Shown here in pieces: positions 39,602-47,717 of a DNA stretch of 64,000 bases. Positions within the stretch are counted from its first letter, which is position 1. Each line of letters opens with the position of its first letter. The position numbers were made by a program, and so were the translations under genes. The stretch is from an uncultured delta proteobacterium (GTDB lineage: Bacteria > Desulfobacterota > Binatia > Binatales > Binataceae), in assembly GCA_963808235.1 (NCBI GenBank), contig CAWEEQ010000004.1:128001-192000 (forward strand), in the 5' to 3' direction. The notes beneath the pieces are model-generated. The model was not told the origin of the DNA. It worked only from the letters and a program-made list of their open reading frames with translations, and made no database searches.

Positions 39602-40486
39602 ATGGCCGAGCCGTGGCGCTTTGAAAATCTCACCCTGAAGAGCGGACTCCATATGCGTGTCGCGCGCGCTGGAGCGGGACCGCTGGTCATCATGATGCAT
39701 GGGTTTCCGGAATGCTGGTACTCGTGGCGTCATCAGATGCGCGCGCTCTCCGACAGTTTCGCTTGCGTCGCGCTGGAGATGCGCGGTTACGGCGAGACCG
39801 ACGCGCCGGTGGGCGTCAAGAACTACAGGTTCGACAAGCTGGTCGGCGACGTTGCCGACGTGATCGAGGCGCTGGGGCATCGTCGCGCGATCGTCGTCGG
39901 GCATGACTGGGGCGGTGCTGTCGCATGGGCGACGGCGATGATGCGTCCCGAGGTCGTCGAGCGGCTGATCGTCATGAACTGTCCGCATCCGGAGCGGATA
40001 AGCCATGCGCTGCGCCATAATCCGCGCCAGATGCTTCGCAGCTGGTACATGCTGTTTTTTCAGATTCCGCGGCTCCCCGAGTGGATATTTCGCCGCCGCA
40101 ACTACGAGGTGATGGTGCGCGCGCTGCGCGACGGCACGATCCAGAAAAACGTCTTCAGCGAAAATGATCTCGAGTACTTTCGCGCCGCGTTCCGCAATCC
40201 CTACTCGATTACCGCCGCGATCAACTACTATCGCGCCAACCTACGCTCGGGGTTCATGGCGCGGCCTGGTAGCGGCAACTGGATCGATCGAAAAATTTCC
40301 GCGCCGACTTTGCTGATCTGGGGCGAGCAGGATTTCGCGCTCGGCAAGGAACTGACTTACGATATGCAGGGACTTTTCAGCGGCCCTTTCGAGATCAAAT
40401 ACATCGCGGATTCCGGGCATTGGGTGCAGCAGGAAAAGCCGGAGCTGGTAAATCAGTACGTCCGCGAGTTCCTGGCGTCCGGCTAG
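39602..40486 (+). CDS. Epoxide hydrolase-like alpha/beta hydrolase
   Basis: HGFPECWYSWRHQ, GHDWGG, INYYRA, GHWVQQE. Confidence 0.9.
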   Translation: MAEPWRFENLTLKSGLHMRVARAGAGPLVIMMHGFPECWYSWRHQMRALSDSFACVALEMRGYGETDAPVGVKNYRFDKLVGDVADVIEALGHRRAIVVGHDWGGAVAWATAMMRPEVVERLIVMNCPHPERISHALRHNPRQMLRSWYMLFFQIPRLPEWIFRRRNYEVMVRALRDGTIQKNVFSENDLEYFRAAFRNPYSITAAINYYRANLRSGFMARPGSGNWIDRKISAPTLLIWGEQDFALGKELTYDMQGLFSGPFEIKYIADSGHWVQQEKPELVNQYVREFLASG

Positions 40487-40499
40487 CCTTCGCGAGTAT

Positions 40500-41873
40500 T
40501 CACTTCGCGCCGGATTTGATCTCCGACGACATCAGCATCACTTCGTACGGATTCCACGTCGAGAGAAGATAGTAGACCGTCGTCCCGCCCGGGATCCGCG
40601 CGGCGTATCGCGGGATCAGATACGGCGCGTACCATCCGCCCCACTCGGAGATCCGATTGGGGTCGCTGACGTTGTCGCAGTAAGGCTCTGAGTCGAGCGG
40701 TCCGCGATGGATAAAATAGCAGTAGCCGTGATCGTTCCACGGCTGAAATATGATCTGCCCCGCGGTCCATGGCCCCCATGGATGCTCCGCGAGACGCATC
40801 ACGATTCCACCTTGCGGGTCGCAGTTGTAGAGCATCAGCCATCGCTTGATGTGCGGATTCCACTTCACCGAGAACTCACCCATGCACGCGGGCGAGTCGT
40901 TGAACATCGCAACCGCATCGCTCTCGTTGGTGCTGAAGCGCGGCTTGCTTGCGCTGTCGCCGGCAAAGTACTCGACACTGCCAGGCGATCCGATCGTCGA
41001 TAGCGGCTTTATCGCAAGATACGGATTGCTGTTGCGATAACCTGCGCCTCCCGCCGTTCCCCAAATCAACAGCGCGCCCGCCGCGGAGCGGTCGATTGAC
41101 TTGTCACCGAAAATCTTCGCGTCGAGCGATCGGAACGTCGCCGTGTCGAGCGAGATGTTCACGAACGGGCCGTGCGAAAAATCGTACAGGTAGTTGTAAT
41201 CGGCGCCGCTGCCGCTTGAGACCGTGAGCACCGAGCGCGTGCTGAAATGCGCGCCGTCGTAGCCGGTAGCGAAGAACACGTACATCTGGCCGTTCTGTTC
41301 GATTCCGCTGACCGGAACCTCGAAGTTGCCGAGCGTGACCGGCGCGCCGCTCGAATGGATCACCGGGCTCGCGTATGCACCGCTCGCCGCGGTGACGAAT
41401 TGCAGATGCGGACACTCGGCGGGATTGGTCGAGCTCGAATGCGCGATCGAGTCGTTGTAGTCAGGGTCGCGCCAGCCGAGGTTGTCGGCGCCGTGGAAGG
41501 TCGCGTCGGCGACCGAATCGCCGAACAGGAACCACAGGTCTCCGTTGAACTCGAACGGCGTGCCGAGATCGGCGCCGAATAGTCCGAAGTTCGTCTCGGT
41601 GCGATTGACCGTCGGCATGCCGAGCTGGCGATCGTTTTCGCCGAGCACCTGGCATACTTTCTTCGTCGATCCGGATACGACGTGGAATTGTTCCGCCGCC
41701 ACCGCCGACGGGACTATCGCCGCGATTAGTATCGCGAAGCAAAACAGCCGATGTCGAAATAGATTCAACGGCGCGAGATTATCATATGCGATTCTGTCTT
41801 TCCCCGGCCGGAAGTCAGAAACCGCAGAAAGTTCGTGAATCGCCCTGCTGGTTTTGGCGCCAGTGGAGTTCAA
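40500..41873 (-). CDS. Secreted DUF4185 domain protein (start uncertain)
   Basis: Signal-like segment; GADLG..LWFLFGDS, GEFSV, YAPY, YYLLSTWNPYEVMLM. Confidence 0.7.
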   Translation of the reverse strand: MNSTGAKTSRAIHELSAVSDFRPGKDRIAYDNLAPLNLFRHRLFCFAILIAAIVPSAVAAEQFHVVSGSTKKVCQVLGENDRQLGMPTVNRTETNFGLFGADLGTPFEFNGDLWFLFGDSVADATFHGADNLGWRDPDYNDSIAHSSSTNPAECPHLQFVTAASGAYASPVIHSSGAPVTLGNFEVPVSGIEQNGQMYVFFATGYDGAHFSTRSVLTVSSGSGADYNYLYDFSHGPFVNISLDTATFRSLDAKIFGDKSIDRSAAGALLIWGTAGGAGYRNSNPYLAIKPLSTIGSPGSVEYFAGDSASKPRFSTNESDAVAMFNDSPACMGEFSVKWNPHIKRWLMLYNCDPQGGIVMRLAEHPWGPWTAGQIIFQPWNDHGYCYFIHRGPLDSEPYCDNVSDPNRISEWGGWYAPYLIPRYAARIPGGTTVYYLLSTWNPYEVMLMSSEIKSGAK

Positions 41874-41973
41874 CCTTTACACATATTGGCGTCGCGCCTA
41901 TTTTTATTTTAGGATCGAAGGGACGCCCGTATGGAATTTCGGGCCCGGTTAATTCAGGAGGGACGCTGCTTTT

Positions 41974-42324
41974 ATGCCCACTAAGTTGTATGTAGGTAAT
42001 CTCGCCTACGCGGTTACTCAGGAGGATCTGGCGGAGCTGTTCGGCCAGGCGGGAAAGGTGGAAAGCGCGGTCGTGGTGACGGACAAGTTCTCGGGGCAGT
42101 CGCGCGGGTTCGGATTCGTCGAGATGGTCGAGGCGGCTGATGCGGCGACCGCAATCCAGACTCTCAATGACACCGATCTGAAGGGCCGCCGAATCAAGAT
42201 CGATGAGGCTCGCGCCAGCACCGGCCCGCGTGGCGGCGGCGGTGGAGGCGGTGGTGGAGATCGCCGACGCGGCGGTGGCGGTGGAGGCGGCGGCGGTCGC
42301 GGAGGAGATCGCAATCGCTGGTAG
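41974..42324 (+). CDS. RRM RNA-binding protein with Gly-rich tail
   Basis: KLYVGNL (RNP2), RGFGFVEM (RNP1). Confidence 0.95.
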   Translation: MPTKLYVGNLAYAVTQEDLAELFGQAGKVESAVVVTDKFSGQSRGFGFVEMVEAADAATAIQTLNDTDLKGRRIKIDEARASTGPRGGGGGGGGGDRRRGGGGGGGGGRGGDRNRW

Positions 42325-42369
42325 GCTTTCGCCGAGCGAATTTCCGTAAAATACGGCAAATGTGAAATT

Positions 42370-42418
42370 GCGGCGCGGATGGAACCGAAGAGTTCCTATC
42401 CGCGCCGCACTGTTTTTT
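42370..42418 (+). terminator. Hairpin terminator after the RRM gene
   Basis: GCGGCGCGGAT..ATCCGCGCCGC followed by TGTTTTTT. Confidence 0.6.
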
Positions 42419-42544
42419 GCCGCGCCGCAATGTTTTCGGCCTCGAGCACGAGCCGCTTCCACTCGACGGTTCTTCTGCTATGGTGTTTCGCCGAGTCGGA
42501 AACATCCTGAAGACAAATTGCTCGTAGAAGAAATCTGGAATCGA

Positions 42545-43408
42545 ATGAGAAAACCCATATCTGTTATCTCGATTGGCCTCTCGATTGCTGCCGCATGCGC
42601 CGGATTCATCCTCTCCACTATTTTCGCCGCGCACGCATTGGGCGCCGACACGGTCCCGTCCGGGACGCAGCGCAACGTCGCCGGGATTGTGACCCATGCC
42701 GGCGGACGCGTCGTGCAAGTCGGCACCGCGTTTTTCGTCGCCGTGCCGAGCGATGCGTTTCCGGGCCGCTCCTTCGTTTACCTGGTGAGCGCGCGTCACA
42801 ATCTGCTCGACGATAGCGGCAATCCGCGCACCGGCCTTGCCCTCACGCTGGAAGATTCCAAGACGGGTGCGATGCGCGAGGAGCCGCTGCCGCCCGAAGG
42901 CAAATGGGTTCTCGATCCGATCGATGAAAAGGCCGACGTTGCGGCGGTTCCGTTTATCGCCGAGGGCGCGAGTATCGCACCGATTCCGCTCGGCTCACTG
43001 CTCGGCAGCGACGACCCCCTGGCGCGTCCGGAAACCGGCGCGCAGGTCTACTACCTGACCGCCGCGACGGTCGGCGTGAAGCAGGCCCGCTTCGAGGCGC
43101 TCGCCCGCTTCGGTCACGTGTCGGTTCCCGCGCCCGCCGAGACCGAGGTGATCGGCGCTGGTCTCCAGCAATTGTGTTATCTCGACGGCGGCGGAGCGCC
43201 CGGATTCTCAAGCGGCGCGCCGGTCTTCGTAAGCGCGGGCCTTCGCTTCGCGCTATGGGGCATCCTCGAGGCCAACACCTCGCTCAATACCGACCCGGTC
43301 TTCTCGGGACTGGCTGGCGTGCTGCCCGCGAAGTACGTTGCCGAGACGGTGAGGGCGATGGGCGCGGTGCAGGACAAGGCGATGCGCGGGGCAAAGGCGC
43401 CCGACTGA
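42545..43408 (+). CDS. Secreted trypsin-like serine protease-fold protein
   Basis: Signal peptide; GTAFFV, YLVSARH, DVAAV, GFSSGAPVF. Confidence 0.55.
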   Translation: MRKPISVISIGLSIAAACAGFILSTIFAAHALGADTVPSGTQRNVAGIVTHAGGRVVQVGTAFFVAVPSDAFPGRSFVYLVSARHNLLDDSGNPRTGLALTLEDSKTGAMREEPLPPEGKWVLDPIDEKADVAAVPFIAEGASIAPIPLGSLLGSDDPLARPETGAQVYYLTAATVGVKQARFEALARFGHVSVPAPAETEVIGAGLQQLCYLDGGGAPGFSSGAPVFVSAGLRFALWGILEANTSLNTDPVFSGLAGVLPAKYVAETVRAMGAVQDKAMRGAKAPD

Positions 43409-43572
43409 TTGGTAAGAGGGCGCTGTGGGGTGGAAAAGTTACGCAAAAGTTAAGATTGATTCGTGCGCATATCCTGAAGCTATAATGTCGTTCGTGGTCG
43501 CTTGATTTCGGCGTGATCCTTGATTTCGAGACGCGGCGCGGATAGCGAAAGTAGTTCCGGCTTCCAAGATAC

Positions 43573-43648
43573 TCCCCGGTAGCTCAGTCGGTAGAGCGGA
43601 CGGCTGTTAACCGTCATGTCGCTGGTTCGAATCCGGCCCGGGGAGCCA
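43573..43648 (+). tRNA. tRNA-Asn (GTT)
   Basis: TCCCCGGTAGCTCAGTCGGTAGAGC..CTGTTAA..GGTTCGAATCC..GGGGAGCCA; 76 nt cloverleaf with CCA. Confidence 0.97.
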
Positions 43649-43720
43649 CATTCCTTTCCTGTGACATTTGGATTACCTGCTGCGCGGTCAGTGCCGGCAT
43701 AAAATACAGCTCCTTCTCAT

Positions 43721-44323
43721 TTAACCCTGACTTCCGATTTCAGGTCCGCGGACCTTCCAGGGCACCATCCTGTCCACCAGGTGGTCGCGCAAGATCAGCG
43801 TGTGGAATAGAACGGCGCTGAAATGCGCGATGAACGTCGCGAAGAACAGGTATGCGACGATAGTATGCGTCTTGCGCAGGACCGCGTAGAGCATCGGACT
43901 GTGCGGCAGGATCGGAGGCAGATGCAGCGGCCCGTAAAGCACGATCGGATAGCGCGCCGCTGATAGCATTCCCCATCCGACGAGCGGCATCGCCAACATC
44001 ATCGCGTACATCAGCATTTCGGAAGCGTGGGCCACGAACCGCTCCTCGGAAGACATGTCGGCGAGGAACGGGGGCGGCGGGTTGAGCCTCCGATTCACGT
44101 AGCGAATGATAACCAGAACCAGGATCGCAATCCCCAACGGGCGATGGATCGAAACCAGCAGATGGTAGTCCGCCAGCGACGCGACCATCGCAACGCCGAT
44201 GAACAGCATCGCCAGGATCATCGCCGCCATCGTCCAGTGCAGTATCCGGGAGGGCAGCGTGAATTGTCCGGTGTTCATAGATTGAGATACTCGCGATTGA
44301 GATGCTCGCGCGTCGTTACTCAC
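43721..44323 (-). CDS. Cytochrome b561 family protein
   Basis: RILHW, SIHRPLG, RKTH, AHFSAVLFH; overlaps the catalase-like gene. Confidence 0.9.
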   Translation of the reverse strand: MSNDARASQSRVSQSMNTGQFTLPSRILHWTMAAMILAMLFIGVAMVASLADYHLLVSIHRPLGIAILVLVIIRYVNRRLNPPPPFLADMSSEERFVAHASEMLMYAMMLAMPLVGWGMLSAARYPIVLYGPLHLPPILPHSPMLYAVLRKTHTIVAYLFFATFIAHFSAVLFHTLILRDHLVDRMVPWKVRGPEIGSQG

Positions 44324-45360
44324 CGGCGTATTTCAGCGGGAGTGATCGCGCTGGGCTCCTTGGTCTCGCCGGCGCGTCTCGTAAAGGATTGTGAATATAC
44401 CGCCGATCGCGCGCTGAGCAGTGGATCATCAGACGGCGCGATGCCCCAGGGAAGCACCAGCGGATCGAAGTTGATATCGCGGCAACGCCCATGCGCTTCA
44501 TCCTCGACGTTATCGATCGTCAACGTGCCAACATCGACATGCTCGCGAGTGTCGGGCCACGGGAGGGTAGCGTCCTCGGTGGGGTCGCCCGGTTGCCCGA
44601 CCGTGACGATCAGATGCCACTGCACCGGTCCGTGCTGGACGCGCGCGATTAGAGCGTCGAAGAGATAATTCTTGTTCTGCGCTGCGGCCGGGTCTTCAGC
44701 GGCGAACGCGTCGACGGGGACCATCGACCATCGAACCGGGGTGGAGATGCCGTCGGCGTTGGCGAAGCGGAACGCGTTGAGGCCGTTAAAAGTGGCGTCG
44801 GCGAATCCGGATGAAAACGGCTTCGCCTTAATGATCGCGATCGCGCGGACGGTCTCCGGATGCGCGGCGAGAAATGCGGACATTTTCGCCGGATCGGGTT
44901 TGCCGGTCGCTGGGTCGACCTTCGAGGCCAGCAGTTGATCGTAGAAGCCCTCGGGGGTCCGGACCGCGAACACTGGAAGGTCGATCATCGCAGTGCGCCA
45001 TTCCTCTCCTGAGCGAGGCTCGAAGCGCAACCCCATTCCTCGAACTGCCGCGGGGCCATCCGATACGTACGGCTGCCCGCCGGCAAGGGAAAAACGGCCG
45101 ATCACAGCCACGCGGCCCGGCTGGAACAGGCTCGCTCTCGAAAGGCGTACTCCATTCCCGTTGCTGTCGAAGTAGCCGCTGATGCATAGCCCCTTGGCGT
45201 GATTGCGGCGGAATCCAGGATGGATCCCGTTGACCCTCTCGAAGCCGTCGACGAAGCGGGCAGGAGTCAGCAGATTTGGCGAGAACCAGCCGCCAGTGTA
45301 CGCAAATGCGCCGACGATAGCCGCAATAACAACACCGATCGCCGCCCATCGGATCAGCAT
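44320..45360 (-). CDS. Catalase-related peroxidase (SrpA-like)
   Basis: GFRRNHAKG, GRFS, FDPLVLP.GIAPSDDPLLSARSAVYSQSF. Confidence 0.9.
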   Translation of the reverse strand: MLIRWAAIGVVIAAIVGAFAYTGGWFSPNLLTPARFVDGFERVNGIHPGFRRNHAKGLCISGYFDSNGNGVRLSRASLFQPGRVAVIGRFSLAGGQPYVSDGPAAVRGMGLRFEPRSGEEWRTAMIDLPVFAVRTPEGFYDQLLASKVDPATGKPDPAKMSAFLAAHPETVRAIAIIKAKPFSSGFADATFNGLNAFRFANADGISTPVRWSMVPVDAFAAEDPAAAQNKNYLFDALIARVQHGPVQWHLIVTVGQPGDPTEDATLPWPDTREHVDVGTLTIDNVEDEAHGRCRDINFDPLVLPWGIAPSDDPLLSARSAVYSQSFTRRAGETKEPSAITPAEIRR

Positions 45361-45691
45361 AGTGGCTCCGGTCGCCGCTGATTGCTCATTTGCCGAGGCT
45401 TTTTCGAGTTACGCGAGTGACTAAGCAGCTCACGGAGTCGGTTTTTCAAACTAACCTCCGCCGGCGTGCGGCCATGCGAGTCCAGCCATCGCTCGAAATC
45501 CCGTAGCTGAGCCTTATGTACAACGGCCGGCTGCTTGACTGCAACGGAAATTCTTTGACCGCGGGGAATTTCGCTCGCTCGGAAGAACTCAGAATGTGTC
45601 TTGCCTCAGATCGAGCAATGTCGAAGTGTGGATGGTAGGCGCGGTTTTGAAGAGAAAGGAAAATGCCGCGTGGCAATCGAGTAAAACCAAA

Positions 45692-46063
45692 ATGGAAATG
45701 GAATCTGTCGGCAGCCGGAAAGTAACGATCCTCGGAGCGCTGCTCTTCGCAGCTATGATCTTCTTCGCAACCCTGGCGACGGGCTGTTACGACAACGGTG
45801 GATGGGGAGGAGGTCCGGGCTACTACGGGAACTCTGGTTATTACGGGCCCTATTACGGCGGCTATTACGGCGGTAACTATTACGGAAATCGATACTACCG
45901 AGGCTGGGACCATGATCATGACCACGATTGGGGCAGAGGTGCGTTCGGCGGGTGGGCGCCCGGTCACGAGGCATGGGAGGCAAGCAGCCGCGGCCGGACC
46001 AGCTTTGGTGGTGCTGGCCATGGCGGCTTTGGTGGAGGACACGGAGGAGGCGGTCATCGCTAA
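45692..46063 (+). CDS. Gly/Tyr/His-rich small lipoprotein
   Basis: LATGC lipobox, YYG repeats, HDHDHD, ASSRGRTSFGG tail. Confidence 0.7.
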   Translation: MEMESVGSRKVTILGALLFAAMIFFATLATGCYDNGGWGGGPGYYGNSGYYGPYYGGYYGGNYYGNRYYRGWDHDHDHDWGRGAFGGWAPGHEAWEASSRGRTSFGGAGHGGFGGGHGGGGHR

Positions 46064-46085
46064 TCGCCGATCGCGGGAAAGTACA

Positions 46086-47066
46086 ATGCTTCGAACAATA
46101 GAGAATAATCGAAAAAGCGCGACTGGATGGCTAGCTATCTGGATGTTGTCGGTCGTCGTGCTTGGGCTGGGCGGCGCGCGGGCGTCCTTAGCACAAGAGC
46201 CCGGCCAGAAGACTTTCGGCGCGGCAGCGGAGGCGAGCGATGCTCTCGCCGCGGCGGTGCAGAATCACGACGACGCGGCGATGCTTGCGATTCTAGGCCC
46301 TTCGGGCAATGACCTGATTTCGTCGGGCGATCCGGTCGCCGACAAGAACCATCAGGATGCCTTCGTCGCCAAGTACCGCGCGTCGCATCAGTTTGCCGCG
46401 GCCGGCGATGGGCGAACCTTCCTCTACATCGGCACCGAGAATTTTCCGACTCCGATACCGCTCCGGCAAAATGGCTCACAATGGTACTTCGATACTGACT
46501 ACGGCAAGCAGGAGATTTTATATCGGCGGATCGGCTCCAATGAACTGACGGTGATCAAGGTATGCTCCGAAATCGCCGATGCGCAGCGGGAGTACTACGC
46601 CGCGCTGCACGACGGTGCGTCGGAGCATCAGTACGCCCGGAAATTCCACAGCACCGCCGGAACCCAGAATGGCCTGTACTGGGAGGTCGCGGCTGGCGCG
46701 CAACCGGAAAGTCCGCTCGGTCCGCTGCTCGCCGATGCGGCGATGGAAGGATATCAACGCCCCGGCAAACACAATCCCTTCCACGGCTACTTCTACCGCA
46801 TCCTCGCCAGTCAGGGAGCCAACGCTCCGGGCGGCGCCAAGAGCTATCTGGTCGATGGGAAAATGACCGGCGGATTCGCAGTGGTTGCCTATCCGGTCAG
46901 CTATCGCGACTCCGGAGTGATGACGTTCATCGTCAATCAGGACGGTCAGATCTATCAAAAGGACCTGGGTCCCAACACCGGCCAGATTGCGGGCGCGATG
47001 GCGTCATACGATCCGGATCCGACCTGGCAATCAGCGAACAAAGCGACCGTCGCCGCGCAGAAATAG
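46086..47066 (+). CDS. DUF2950 domain protein
   Basis: PTPIPL..WYFD..GKQEILYRRIGSNE, GLYW, PFHGYFYRIL, YRDSGVMTFIVNQDG..YQKDLGP. Confidence 0.88.
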   Translation: MLRTIENNRKSATGWLAIWMLSVVVLGLGGARASLAQEPGQKTFGAAAEASDALAAAVQNHDDAAMLAILGPSGNDLISSGDPVADKNHQDAFVAKYRASHQFAAAGDGRTFLYIGTENFPTPIPLRQNGSQWYFDTDYGKQEILYRRIGSNELTVIKVCSEIADAQREYYAALHDGASEHQYARKFHSTAGTQNGLYWEVAAGAQPESPLGPLLADAAMEGYQRPGKHNPFHGYFYRILASQGANAPGGAKSYLVDGKMTGGFAVVAYPVSYRDSGVMTFIVNQDGQIYQKDLGPNTGQIAGAMASYDPDPTWQSANKATVAAQK

Positions 47067-47306
47067 GAAGACGATCGACACCCCGGCGAGAGTCCCCTCC
47101 GGGGAGGCATCTCGATTCCGCCGCGTCTCAATCGGCGCGATGCTCGCGTACTGAATTGGCGTTTCGTGCGATACCGAGAGTTTCGGCGAAGCTTGCCCTG
47201 CTTACCTTTCGGAAAAACAGTCCACGGTTGATCTCTCGCTGCGCGCCTCGCGATGCAACCAAACGATCGCGTCCTTCGTATTCAATTGTGAGTACATCCT
47301 CGAGGT

Positions 47307-47615
47307 TTGAAGATGAATTCGAAGTATGCCGCCCGAATGTGTGCCGGAAAAACTCTGCGGACCGCGGTTATCGCGCTTGCCAGTGGATTTGCTCTCATGA
47401 CGATCACCGGTTGCTATAGCCCTCGCGCCACCGACACTCTTGTCGGTGCCGGACTCGGTGCCGGCGCCGGAGCGCTCATTGGCGGCGCTGAAGGCTCGCC
47501 GGGAACCGGCGCGCTTATCGGCGGTCTGGGCGGCGGCGCAGCCGGCTACATTGTCGGCACCGAGATGCAGAATCGATACTACGGCCCCTATGGTGGCTAC
47601 TACGGCGGATACTGA
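47307..47615 (+). CDS. Glycine-zipper lipoprotein
   Basis: ITGC lipobox, GAGLGAGAGALIG..GALIGGLGG, YYGPYGGYYGGY tail. Confidence 0.8.
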   Translation: MKMNSKYAARMCAGKTLRTAVIALASGFALMTITGCYSPRATDTLVGAGLGAGAGALIGGAEGSPGTGALIGGLGGGAAGYIVGTEMQNRYYGPYGGYYGGY

Positions 47616-47717
47616 TCGTCGCCAGCTGCGCAACCGTTAGCTCAGATTCGTCAACTTATCGATAAGACTACATAATCCGCGCGCATTGTTACCAAAAGGC
47701 ACACTTCTTCGGGGGAT

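Noticed and set aside
42228-42300. GGC/GGT repeat tract
   Set aside because: Ordinary Gly-rich tail of bacterial RRM proteins.
45798-46085. N-terminal extension of the DUF2950 ORF
   Set aside because: Alternative frame of the Gly/Tyr lipoprotein; the signal peptide starts at 46086.
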